A stretch of DNA of 64,000 nucleotides. It comes from Eledone cirrhosa. Its lineage: Eukaryota. Of this stretch, positions 40,899 to 54,604 are shown one piece after another (the first letter of the stretch is position 1; the number at the start of each line of letters is the position of its first letter). The notes below the pieces were generated by a model. It did no database searches. It was not told the origin of the DNA and saw only the letters and a list, made by a program, of their open reading frames with translations. The stretch lies in NCBI GenBank assembly GCA_964016885.1, contig OZ024745.1, forward strand, positions 86,242,001 through 86,306,000, read 5' to 3'. The position numbers were made by a program, and so were the translations under genes.

Positions 40899-43800
40899 GC
40901 TTTTATACAAATGCAGCATTCTTATCATAGTTACAAAGACAGATGGTATTTGTTTTGGTGCCCAGTGTAATTATATCACCTGCTTACAAAACTAAGCTTG
41001 GATGATTGTTGAAATGAAAATATGTCCATTGTGGCAGTCAGGGTGACTATTTAAATCAAATGTATTAAATTCAATTTGGTTTTATTTTGTGATAGTTAAC
41101 TTTAAATGGTTAGAGGCCTCTTCTGTTGTATCAAGGATATGACAACCTCCCTAGTACTAGCACCATATTAAAATGTACCCAGAACACTCTGTAATGTGGT
41201 TGGTATTTCGAAGAGCATCCAGCTGTAGAAACCATGCCAACAGTGGAGCATATGTAAGCAAGATGTGGCCTCCAACCCATCTAGTCAGATAGTAACTCCA
41301 ATTAAATATAAGCTTGGCCTGTATTGATCCATCTAAACTATGCTAGCATGGAAGCACAGATGATGCTGATGTCAGTTTTGTTGTTTACGTATAACCTGGT
41401 TATTGACACTATATACCAGTGTATCCATATGGATTTCTTTTATGAAGGGAGCAGTGGAAAGAAAGGAATAGGGTATCAAGTTGAGAAGAGAGGGTTAAAA
41501 TAAAAGTTGAGGAAAATGAAATGAACAGTATTCTTCTTCTTCTTTGCCCACTTATTCCTGAGAGGGTTGTGGGACAGAGTCCTCAAATGTTCCTTCCAGT
41601 GGGTCCTGTCAGAAACAACCATCTTCCACTGATCTGGCTGGATCCCCTAGTGAGACCATCCAATCTCGTGGATATTATCCAACCATCTGGCTTGGGGTCT
41701 ACTCCTGGGTCTCCTGCCAGCGGTTTTGCCCGTAAAATTTGTTCAGCAGTTCTTTCCTGAGACATTCTAACCACATGCCTATCTTTTCAATGGCTGTCAC
41801 ACCACAAAGCAATTGTTTCTTCTTCAATATACATATCCAGATCAAGTCACTTGCAAAATGATTACAACTCTGGAAATGAAAATACATTTATAGATATCTG
41901 AAGAGATAAAATTAGTTTCACATATTAAGGCCTGTGATTTGAGTGGTAACATTGAAAGCTAATGTTCGAAATCTAAATAGTAGATAGCAATATATAAACT
42001 GAAGTAACTTAGTATTTTTTTTTTATCATTCTTTTTTTTATTTCTCTCATAGAAAATCTGTTTTAACCCTTTAGCATTTAAACTGGCTGTATTCAGCCAG
42101 AATTCCCTCACTTCTTTCTGTTCAAACCAGCCATAATTGGTCGCTTACACTTATGTTAAGTTATTGTTCTCAAAATAAATATCAAAATTTCATAGATTCA
42201 ATATTGAGATAAAGCCTTTACCAGGAAAATGCAATAGTATATATAGAGTAATGTAAATACTTAAACTGTATTATATTACATATTTCAGCCTGCTTTAAAT
42301 TTTCTTTCCTCTGTTTCATAGCCTCATGTTTGATAAGGATGCTGGACACCGAAACTATTTAGAAGAAGTTTATGAAAACCATTACAGACTTCCTCGGTGC
42401 ACTTGGGGACCAATGAAACAAGCATGGAGTGATGTGGTAAGTTGGATTTTTATTAAACTGTCATTTTGGGTGGTGGATTGCCAGTATCAGTAGAGCATCG
42501 TACAACATACTTTGCGACATAGTTACCATTTACGCTCTGAGTTTAAATTCTACTAAAGTTAACTTTGCCTTTCATCCTTACAAGGTCGATAAAATAAAGT
42601 ACCAGTAATGCACTGGGGTCGATTTAATCGACTTTCCTTCTCTCCCCAAGAAATTGTTGGCCTTGTGCCTAAATTTGAAACCATTAATTAAACTGTCATT
42701 TAAATTCAGGGGATATGTAATATGAATTAGACCATATTTGGCACTTGACCTGCTAGTCCTTATTTCAATCTATAAATTTAAAACGTATGATGATGTGGCA
42801 TAATGAAAAAGAAAGAAATACTTAAGTCATATCCTTAAATCCAGGAAAAGTTTCCTAAGGAGCGTCACGCCCCTTGGAACACCAAGCATAAGTAGTGAAA
42901 GAGTCACTCGCTGGGAAGAAAAACTTAACCTCCCATCAGTAACAACAATGGAGCTAAAGGCGAGTGAGGCTCTGCCCCCTCTGGAGCTGATACAAACTAA
43001 GCAGTGTGGAGATGCCTAAACATACTAAGATCTGGTGTTAGACGTGCAAAAGTCGCTCTTGCAAAATGGGGATATTTAAAGGATGAGGATGTTGGGTGTG
43101 ACTGCAGCATCGAACTACAGACTATGCAGCACCTCCTGATATGTCTGTCCCCTGCTAGAACATAGCATTGGACTTAGCAGAGTTTAATGATAAAAGACAG
43201 CAATGTGTTCAGATGTGGCAGAACCACATCTAGTCCAGCTTTGTAACTGACACTCTTGTGGACACGACAAGAAAGAAAAGATTATTCTAGTCTTATGACT
43301 GGCTTTACATTGTCTTTTAATAAATTACTTTTTTTGCTAATTTAAACTTCTACTTGTCTCTTAATATTCTAATGATCTTTTTTGGCATTTGTTTCCACTG
43401 TACATGTGTGCATGCACACACACACACACACACGTGGCTATATACATGTGTCTACATATATATACACGTTTCCTTTTTTTTTTAGCTTCAATTTTTTTCA
43501 CATTAAAATAGACAACTGTAATAATTTTTAAAAAAATTAGTAAATATAGTTTTGTAATGTTTCAGTGCCCAGTCAGTGGTCTGTGATGACCGTTTTAAAA
43601 TTTTACTCTGTAGGCTTATTTAGAATTTTTTCCATTACCATAATACAATAGTTGACCTATACTAAAGTGCTTCACTGACAGTTATGTGTGTTATAATTTC
43701 CCAATTCCATGTTAAGGAAAGAAGTTGTGGTGAATAAATATTAATGGCCCTAATAGTTGTTCCAATGTTCAAAAGAGGCCCACCAATGAAATATGTTGCA

Positions 43801-46800
43801 GACCCTGGTTTAAAGGTTATCAGTTGCTAAAAGATATCATCTAGATGTAATTCTTTTTTTTCAGAAAGGAGATACTGCCCTATCCAAAGATGAAATCAAA
43901 CTCCCTGAAGGATGGAAATGGGATGACACTTGGAAAATTGATTTAAGCAGAGCTGTAGATGAAGAAGGTAAATAATTATTCCACTATAATTAATTTTTTT
44001 TTTTTTATCTGAGAAATTTACAACTGTTGCATTAAATACAAAGGTTACATAATCTTACACATGTTATCATCGTTTTTTTTTTGTCCCCGTTTTTCCTCAC
44101 TTGCATGAGTTGGATGGGTCCTTTTCAGCACAGCATCACTCCACTTGCTGCGTTCCTTTGTCGTCTCTGTGAATCTCAGCAATTTGAGGTAATCTCTCAC
44201 CACCTCTGCCCAGACAAAAAATAAAACCAACTAAAATTTGATTAACCATAACAATACACCATGTGTAGTTGTTTAATTAATTATATATATATATATTTAA
44301 TGTAGAAATGGCTTCTACAAGATTAGAACTGTTTCATTCGAAGGAAATCATCAAGGCTTTCTTGATGATTTCATTCGAATGAAACAGTTTTAGTCCTGTA
44401 GAAGCCATTTCTACATTAAATATATATACTCTATGTATTGAGTACCTTACTTACTGCGGTTACCCCTGATTGAACCCGGGATACACGCACACATATATAT
44501 ATAAAGTCCACTTTCCAGACACAAGGATACACTGCATATGTGTTTGACCCTTTCATTACTATATTTCTAATGAAATACTCTACATTGACTTTAGCCTTTT
44601 CATTACCATATTTTTAATGAAATACACTGCATATGTGTTTGAATTAATTCTGAAAATAACCAAAAATTAAGAGGAATTTAATAAAATAAGTTTTTCATAA
44701 ATAAGCTAACATCTGGAACATTCTGGGTGTTAGGTGAAGAGGAGCCTAGGAGAAATGATATAGGTTGTCATGTGAAAAAGTATAGAATAGTAATAATGAA
44801 ATATTTATAAGTATATATTAATAATCTGAAATAAAATGTAATGTATAATCCTTCAATGTATATCATTTCATTTATCAGGCTTTGAATACTGTGTTGAAGC
44901 TACAATGGGAGGTTATGGACCAGTTCAGAAAAACTACCATCTCTGCAGACGTCGGCGCTGGGTAAGATCAAGAACATTAGTGGCAGATGAGAAGGCAAAA
45001 CAAAAGAGGGTATTTATTTGAAACTGTTTTGATATTATTTTACCTAATTTTTTGGTCAAATTTAACTTTTATAGGCAGATGAAATTATTTAATAGGGGCA
45101 TTTGAAGTATCAACCAGGTGCAAATACTGGTTTAATTTTAAATACATTGTTTTCGGCATAATACTTGATATATAAGAATCACTAAACCTTATATCAGTGT
45201 TCCAGTAATTCCACAGTCTTGGAAATTGTTTTATACCGAACATAATATTTACAGTAAAAAATGCTTGCATTTCTGCAGCATCTGTCGGTCGCCAAATAGA
45301 TCGGGTTTTCCTCGATTAATCTCTTCTGCCACAACTTTGAAGAAAGTTTGTGGTAAAAACAAAAAGAAATAATCCAGTGCTTTAGCATCAGGAGCTAATG
45401 TGTGTTGTGGACCAGTAATTTGAATAAAATCGGGAACATATATTAGTGTGGTATTTTTCAATGGCGTCCTGGAGCCCTCCTTCGTTTTCACTTTCAAAAC
45501 AATCATCGTCAGATGAAATTTCAGAAATATAAACATCAGATTCATTTGAAGATAAATCACTAATATTATCGTTTGATTCTTGTTTATTCTGAATGTCGTC
45601 GTGTGTAAAACCTTCAAAGTCGGTATCGCTATTTTCATAAGCCATGTTGATACAAAAAAAAAATTTCTTGCACTTTCAAAGGTAAAAAAACACTTGTTGT
45701 TTCAAGTTGTTTCACTATATTAAGTGTTAATTTTCACGGTAAGGGCCTAATCTCGCAGCAGTCTCGAATTGACGAGATTTTGATGGTTTGTTTATTTTTA
45801 GAATGAATTTTTAGTGTGGGTGTTTTCGGGCGATTTCGGGAGGTTTGAACACTAAAGGGTTAATACATAATGCAGTGTCAAAGGAAGCAATTCATTAAAA
45901 AAATTCAGCACACTAAAGGTTAAGTTCAATTTTTAATTTTATTTTTGAATTATTTGAAGTGATGTATGTACTTGTGAAATTTTGTACTAAAATATGAATT
46001 ATTTTCAGGAAAAACTTGAAAGACAAGCAGCTGAAGGGTGGGAATATGCTCCTTTGTTCAGCATGAAGTTCCATGCCAAAGAACGTAAGATGGATCTTGT
46101 CCGGCGCAGAAGATGGCATAGAAAAATGGTATCAAAAGGAATTGGTGGACAGTGTTTCTTTAGAGTTGCTGAGGTAAAAACCACTTTTTGATGGTTTCAA
46201 TTTATCTGGGGGGTGGGAGGTTAAAGTTTATATAATTTGTGTGATACAGGTATTAGCAGGTGAGGAATTAAGTTTCCACTCAAATAGTATTATTAAAATT
46301 TTTAATTTTTTCAATTATCAAAATATTTATAATTTATCTTCTCAGTAACTTTAAACTCATTTTTTTTGCCATCATATAATGAGACTGATATTGTAAAAAT
46401 ATAGTATATGTCTTCCTTAACCGATTTGGTTTCAAAACACCCCAAGTTCTTTGTTACAGAACTGTTTCAATGTTTGTTTACTTAAGAACTTTTAAATTAT
46501 ACTCCAAATACTAGTTTAAATATAAGAAAGTTAGTAATTATTCATATTACAATATCCCTCCAACTTTTGATTACTTTGAAAAATTATTTGAAAATTGTAG
46601 ACAATATCTTTCATTAGAAATATGGTAATGAAAGAGTTAAGATATTGTTTCTTACTTTGTTAAATCATATTTCTTGAAATCAGTTGTTATGAGAACTATT
46701 GTTAACCCTTTAGCATTTACATTACTCTATATATGCTATTGTATTTTTGTGGTAAAGACTTTATCTTACATATTTATCTCACATTATATTGAATCTGAGA

Positions 46801-49590
46801 TTATGATGTTATTTATTTTGAGAACAATAACTTAACATCAATATGAGTGGCCTGTTTGAACGGAAAGGGGTGAGATAATTCTGGTCGGATATGGCCGGTT
46901 TAAATGCTAAAGGGTAATCTATGAGAAATACTTAAATGAGCATAGCATGATATTTTTTAGCATTTAAAAAAAAATAAATAAATCAAGTGTCTTAAATTAC
47001 CATTCCATCAAATATGGTATATTGTTAGCTATGTCACTTGAGAAGCAGAAATTCTTAAGAATGGTAATGTTGTTCTAGTTATAGAAATATGGTATATTGT
47101 TAGATATGTCACTTGAGAAACAGAAATCCTTAAGTATTGTAATGTTCTACTTATAGAAATATGGTATATTGTTAGATATGTCACTTAAGAAATGGTAATG
47201 TTGTTCTAGAGTCATATAGTTACACCTGATTTGTTTCTTCTATTCCAAAAATCAATAAAGTTGGTGATAGGAAGAGTGTCCAACTGTAGAAATCTTGTTA
47301 AACAAAGAGTTGGGAGGACCCTCAGTTGTGTCAAAAACATGATAACCTCTCCTGAGTACTAAGTGGAATATGAAACCTTACATAAGCGCAGAGGTCCCTG
47401 GTCTGCCTGGAAGATCAGTGGTTGTGCTTCAGTACTGACTTGGTCTATATGGACCTGTCCAACCCTTGCTAACAGGGAAAGCAGATGTTAAAACAACGAT
47501 GATGGGAGGACCCTTAGTTGTGTCAAAGGTATGACAACCTATCCTAAGAACTTGGAGGAATGTGAGAGCATACATAAGCACACAGGTCCGTGGCCTGCCT
47601 GGGAGATCAGTGGCTCCTCTTCAGTACTGACTTGGTCTATATGGACCCATCCAACCCTTGCTTGCAGGGAAAGTGGACATTAAAATGATGACGATGATGA
47701 GGATGATATATATGAACACACTAATATATTCTTGATTAATATATTTCTTCTCCTTGTTATAGGATGAATCTGACAAAGATGTAGCTATGATTTCACCACG
47801 GATGTTTCTTACTTTTGGAGGTAAGTATTGTTAGTTCTGCTTTTTCTGTTGACTACATCTAATTAGCTTTTTGTTGTGTATTGAACTCGTATTGAGTGTT
47901 ATCTAACAAGTGCTGTGTAATTGTTTGATTATTTAATGGCAGCCAATCATACCACCATCATGTTTCAAGTGTGCTCGTGTTTTTTTGCTAAACAGGGGTA
48001 CATTATACTATCCAAGAAGTTCAAAGTGCATTCTGACAGTTTGAGGAGTATACAATTCTTTCTGTGACCACTGAATTATATTCAGTGTTATTATTGTTAC
48101 ATCCTCGCTTCAGTTCAACAGATCAACAGTTCAGTGTGCTTCATTGTTGAAATAGAAATTTGTAAATTACTGTTTCTTGTTCAATTACCTACGTTCATAA
48201 GGAAATAAACAAAGCATGACACTTTCTCAGATCAATGATAGAGATTTATCAACTTGAGCTCAATAATTTCAAATTAACTGTTTCAGTTTTATAATGCTAG
48301 ACAGGACATTCATAAATGTTTGGGATATTATCAGTCTGTGTTTTATTTCACAGGATCTGAAAGATAACTGACACAGAAAACTGTGATGTAAATATTTAAC
48401 TTGAAAGCTTAATGCTCTGAATTCGGAAATTACTTGGACTAATTTTCCCTTTCAGTTTCTGAGAATCAAAATATTTGCCACAATAAAATATTTACCCAGT
48501 ACACTCTGTAAAGTGGTAGATAGGACCGGTGGTATAATATAATGTACCTAGTATACCCTGTAAAGTAGTTGGCACTGAGAAGGGTATCAACCATTGAAAC
48601 CATGTCAAAATACAGAACATATGAGCAAGGTATGGCTATCTGACCTATGTTTTGAACTGACAACTCATTCAACCCATGTCAGCCTGAAAAGCAGACATAA
48701 AATGATGGTGATGGTGTTGATGATGGAATAGCAGCTCTCTTTTTGTCGAGCCAGTGCGATTACTTGAATGGTTGGTGCATGGATCCTGTCAGCCATAATT
48801 AGCTGTCATACATTGAAGGTGGTAGTTACATAATTGGTTGCAATCTACAGATCTTCTTGTCTAAGTATAGTGTTTGAGGACTCAGACCTCACAACTTTCT
48901 CAGGAATAAGTGGGCAAAGAAGGTTGGTGATAGGAAGGGTATCCAACTGTGGAAAACCTGCCAAACAAATGGTCAGGGAGACTCTTCAACTGAGTCAAAG
49001 ACATGACAACCTCTCTAGTGCTGGTGTCATGATAAAATGCACTCAGCAGTGCATGGGATCGTATATATATGAGTTACAGGCCCATATGAGCACTTGGTAG
49101 AGTGTAAGCAAGATGCAGGTTCCTGGCATACCAACCTGGTGTGCTGACAACCCATCCAGTACTTGCAAGCAGGAAAAGTGGACATTAACCCTTTAGCATT
49201 TAAACCAGCCACTCATACTGATATTGTTCTCAAAATGAATAATATCATAATCTCAGATTCGATATTATGTGAGATAATTATATAAGGTAAAGCCTTTACC
49301 ATGAAAATATAATAGTAAATATAGAGTAATGTAAATGCTACAGGGTTAAACAAGGATGATGATGATGATGATAATTCTAAGTACCTTTCATTTCAGAACC
49401 TCAAATTTATCAGCTTCGAGCTTACTTGTACCAAGCCAGAGATCTGGCAGCAGCTGATGATTCTGGACTTTCAGGTATTAATTTTATTTTGATAAATATA
49501 AATTAAACCATCGTGATGGTATTTTTAAATCAACTATCAAATAATAAATACATTTCTCACACAAACACACAAACACACACAGATGCATAC

Positions 49591-49621
<31 letters not shown>

Positions 49622-52600
49622 CGCACGCACGCATACATACATACATACATACACACACACGCACACACACATACACATGCATACATACACACACACATAC
49701 ACACAGACAAAACTCTAACAACTAAAGTAGTTTTATATTTACTTTGATGACTATATTTTGTTATAATAATAAATTTGAAGACTAAAATCCAAAGAGGGCG
49801 TTATATACGGCATTATATATGGATTTATGTGTGTATATTTATATACGTTTATATAATTGAGGCACTTAGTGGTTAGAGCATTGGCCTTGCAATCAAAAGG
49901 TTGTGAGTTCAAATCTCAGACCGGGTGATGTGTTGTTTCCTTGAACAAGACACTTTATTTCACATTGCTCCAGTTTACTTAGCTGTAGAAATGAGATGAT
50001 AGGGACTGGGGTCCATATCATTCCACTGAAAAGTGGTCGTGGAGGTGCCACGGAAAAAAAGCACCCAGCACTCACTGAAAATGAGGTTGGTGTTAGGAAG
50101 GGCATCCAGCTGTAGAAATCAAGCCAGAATCAGTTCCCGTCCCACCCTTGCAAGCAGGGAAAAGCGGACGTAAAATGATGACGATTACACACAGCATGTC
50201 CCCAAAAAGTGTATACATGCTTCAACAGCATTCTAATAAATATTGCCTGTACAGGTAATCAAAGTAAGTATACATTTTGGGGGAAAATCCTATATATATA
50301 TATATAAATGTTGAGTATATGTTGGTTATATACCAACACCTCAGTATGCAGATTGGAGCACTCGACGAAGTGCGCAGGTTGGTTTGGTTACTCCGGAGTC
50401 ATGTAAAATAAAATAAAATAAATAAGTCAAATGTTTAAAATTTGGCTTCGTTTATTACTGCTCTATATATTTCGGTGACAGCCATCTTTGGCTGTGACCT
50501 CTTCAGGCAGTCCGAATTAGTGTGGTAGAGACGAATACACATGTTGTTGAGGTGTTTAACTTTGTCAATACTCTGATGTGCCCATTTCCTGGTTGGGTTG
50601 TTGTTTCACTGAGGAACTGGAATCATATGAATTTAAACAAATGAATTTCAGCGTCAAAGGACATCTTCTCCTCTCATTGGTCAGTTGTGAGAACATTCCT
50701 CAGTCAAGTCTATAGAAATTCTTTCTGAGGCAAGGCAATCTGTTGTTTTTGTTATTGTTAAGTATATCTGACTTCTACTCTTATGTTGGTAGTGGTGTTG
50801 GAGTCAGCTCAAAAAAATGATAAAGTGGTAGAAGGAATAAGATGGTAAAGGAACAAAATAAAATAATCAAATAAAATGTGTGTTATACCCAATCTCAATG
50901 TTATAAAAATTTGTAAGGTCACTCCTCCCATTGGTCAGTTTTGAGAGCATTCCTCAGTCAAAAGTCTATAGAAATTCTTTCTGGGGTGAGGCTCCCTGTA
51001 ATGTTGTTTTTTGCTATTGTTAAGTACATCTGGCCTCTACCCTTATTTTAGTAGTGGTGTTGGTATTGTGGTCTGCCTATGTCTTGCTGCTGCTGATATT
51101 TAGAAGTATCTGTGTGTGTTTCTTCATCCAACCTGCCACCATTTCTTGGGGGGGGGGGGTCTGCCAGTATATGAAAAAATAGAAGGCAATAAAATGAAGA
51201 AAACAGAAAATAAATGAAAAATTAATGAAAAATGAAAAATGGAAATTGAAAAATGAAAAATGAAAAATGAAAGATGAAAAGTGGAAAATAGAAGTGAAGA
51301 TTCAAATAAAATAAAATGTGTGTGTGCTATAACCAATCGAGGGACCACCCCACAGTGGATCTCCCAGCGCAGGCAACGACCACCCCCACAGATTCGGGCC
51401 TTGAAAATAGCAAAACGCATAGCGCCCAAAGGGGAAGCAACAATGCGGGAACCAACAACTCTCCAACAACTCACGACGCCCCCAACCCACCCATATAGGA
51501 GTAGATGCAGAAAACACGTGGTACAACCCACCCTACTCAGCGGCCCTAAAGAACAGCTTGGCCCGATCATTCTTTGGAGCACTTGATAAATGCTTCCCGA
51601 GGGACCATAGATACCACAAGATCTTCAACAGACGCACTGTGAAGCTCTTGTATTCCACCACGAGAAATCTGGCCCAACACATAGCTAGCATCAACAGGAG
51701 TAGGCTTAAAAACCACACACAACCAGAAGATGGCAATATAAGCAACCAGCAAAACCATGTGGAAGGAGGGAAGAGGGGACCCAGTGCCCACCCAAGAAAC
51801 TCAAACAGACCCGGAGGAAGACCACCATGTAACACGTAACGGGAACCCCACACTAGGCACGCAGGGGTCAACCACCCTCTGCAACTGCAGAAACCCCGAA
51901 ACATGCCTCCTTAGTAATGAATGCCTTAAGAAGAACCTAATATACGGATGTAGGGTTAAAACCCCCAACTCCGAACACCTCTACATAGGAGCCACATCAA
52001 CGAGCTTTAAAGACCGTTGGTATAACCATCGCCATTCCTTCAATAAGAAGGCCAAAGGGAAAAGTACGGCTCTTTCCGACCTGATCTGGAAGCTTAAGCT
52101 GAACAGGACCCCATACTCTCTGGCCTGGTCCATAATCAGGAAGGTACCACCCGATAAAGGGGGATCTGGCATATGCAAACTATGTCTGAACGAGACCCTC
52201 GAGATACTAAGAGGTGGAAGCCGCCTGATAAATCTCAGAACCAACTTCTTCGGGACATGCAGACGCCTCAGGGCCGGGACCTTCCTCAAGCTATATGGAC
52301 TGTAGCAACACACTGAGATGTGAACTCCCCTCAAGCTATAGGGACTTCTCCAGAACATGTAGACACTTCTCGGCCAGACCTCTCTCAAGCTATATGGTTG
52401 GGAACTCCCCTCAAGCCATAGGGACCCACCCAGGCTGAGGGGAGTTCATGATAGCCTAGAGATTGATTCTGACACAGCCATTCTAATTTGGCCAACATCT
52501 TTATAACACACACACATTTTATTTTACTTGATTTTTCATTTGTTTTGTTTTCTTCACTTTATTGCCTTCTATTTAAGTTGAGATTGGTTATAACACACAC

Positions 52601-54568
52601 AGACATTTTATTTGATTATCTTATTTCGTTTTATTCTTTTACCATCTTGTTCCCCCTACCACTTTATCCAACATCTTTCTGACCTTGAGATTGGTTATAA
52701 CACACACACATTTTATTTTATTTGAATCTTCACTTCTATTTTCCACTTTTCATTTTCATTTTTCATGCCTTGCCTCAGAAAGAATTTCTATAGACTTTTG
52801 ACTGAGGAATGTTCTCACAACTAAGGCAAGGCAATCTGTAGTGGTTGTTCTTGTCATTGTTAAGTACATCTGACCTCTACTCTTATGTTGGAGTCAGCTC
52901 AAAAAAATGATAAAGTGGTAGAAGGAATAAGATGGTAAAGGAACAAAATAAAATAATCAAATAAAAAGTTATGAAAATTTGTAAGGTCACTCCTCCCATT
53001 GGTCAGTTTTGAGAGCATTCCTCAGTCAAAAGTCTATAGAAATTCTTTCTGGGGTGAGGCTCCCTGTAGTGTTTGTTTTTGCTATTGTTAAGTACATCTC
53101 ACCAACACTACACCTAATATTCCCCCTCCATACACACGCGCACATGTATATCATGACTCCTACACTTCCCTGACATTTGTATATTATTCTATGTACTATA
53201 CATACACCTTTGACGAATTGTAGTGCACCTGAGCACTGTACACAATAATTTCATTATTATTATTTTATTATATATATATATATATTATCATCATCATCAT
53301 TTTACGTCCGCTTTTCCCTGCTTGCAAGGGTTGGACGGGTCCTATTCAGCACAGCATCTCTCCACTTGTCACGGTCCTTCATCATATCCTCGGTGAGTTT
53401 CAGCGATCTGAGGTCTGCTCTCACCACCTCCACCCATGTTTTACGTGGTCTTCCTTCTACTGGTATTTCTTGGCACTTCTTTACCCAGCGGTCATCCTCC
53501 ATGCTCATCACATGTTCATACCATCTCAGCCTTCTCTCCTGCACACCACAACTTATCCCTCTTATACCCAGTTTCTTTCTCAACTCGTCTATGCTTGTTC
53601 GTTCACGCACATTGACATTGCACATCCAATGGAGCATACTTGCTTCATTTCTCTCCAGCCGTCGCATATCCTCTGCAGTTACTGCTCATGTCTCACTACC
53701 ATGCAGCATCGCACTTCTCACACAGGCATCATATAACCGTCCTTTCGTACGCAGGGAGAAACCCTTCTTTGTCAACAAAGTAAGCAGCTCCTTAAACTTC
53801 TTCCAACCCGTCCTTATTCTAGATACTATGGCCTCGGAACACCCCCCTCCCATGCTAATCTGATCACCTAGGTACCGGAAGCTATCAACCACTTCTATAG
53901 AACCCACCTGCATTGCAAAAATGTATCTATCACTGCGATTAATACTGCCAACTTTCCCTGTACATCTACTGCATACGTAGTTTTCCCTACATGTTAGTTT
54001 GCCTGCTATCCCACTACATCTCTTGTGAACCCAAGATCTGCATTGCGTACATTTTATGGAATTTATGCCAGTTCCTTTCCTACATATCGAACATGGCCAT
54101 TTCCCTGATGGAATCGGAGTATTGTCCTCTCTTCTACTTATCAACACTTTTGTCTTAGCTATGTTCACTCTCAGTTCTCTTGATTCCAACTGCTGTTTTC
54201 ATAGCCAGAATTTATTCTCTAGCTCCTCTACTGATTCTGCTATAAGAGCCAGATCATCAGCATAGAGAAGTTCCCATGGGAATCCAGTCTTAAACTCCTC
54301 TGTTATGGCTTGGAGGACTATAATGAACAAGAGCGAGCTGAGGACCGAACCCTGATGTACACCTACTTGTATCTGGAATTCCCCACTAAACTCCATACCT
54401 ACTCTCACTTTACTGACAGCACCCCTGTACATAGCTTGCACTGTCCTCACAAGCCATTCCTCTACACCTAGTTTCCTTAGGGACCACCAGATGACAGATC
54501 AGGGTACCCTATCAAAGGCCTTCTCTAGGTCAACAAAAGCTAAGTATAGTGGCTTATTCTTCTCTAAG

Positions 54569-54604
<36 letters not shown>

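Larger units (their letters stand above)
50306..53130 (+). mobile_element. Penelope-like element (GIY-YIG), with direct and inverted repeat modules
   Basis: GIY-YIG coding segment; direct repeat 50732-51030/52822-53100; inverted copies 52500-52820; hammerhead motif; (TA)n left flank. Confidence 0.8.

Noticed and set aside
49484-49725. ORFs rich in VC/HT repeats (also 10579, 24957, 31424, 32404)
   Set aside because: Translations of (CA)n/(TA)n microsatellites.
51757-52305. Selenocysteine-type Naiad Penelope element
   Set aside because: The Cys positions of the zinc-binding motifs are TGC/TGT and there is no in-frame TGA in this segment.
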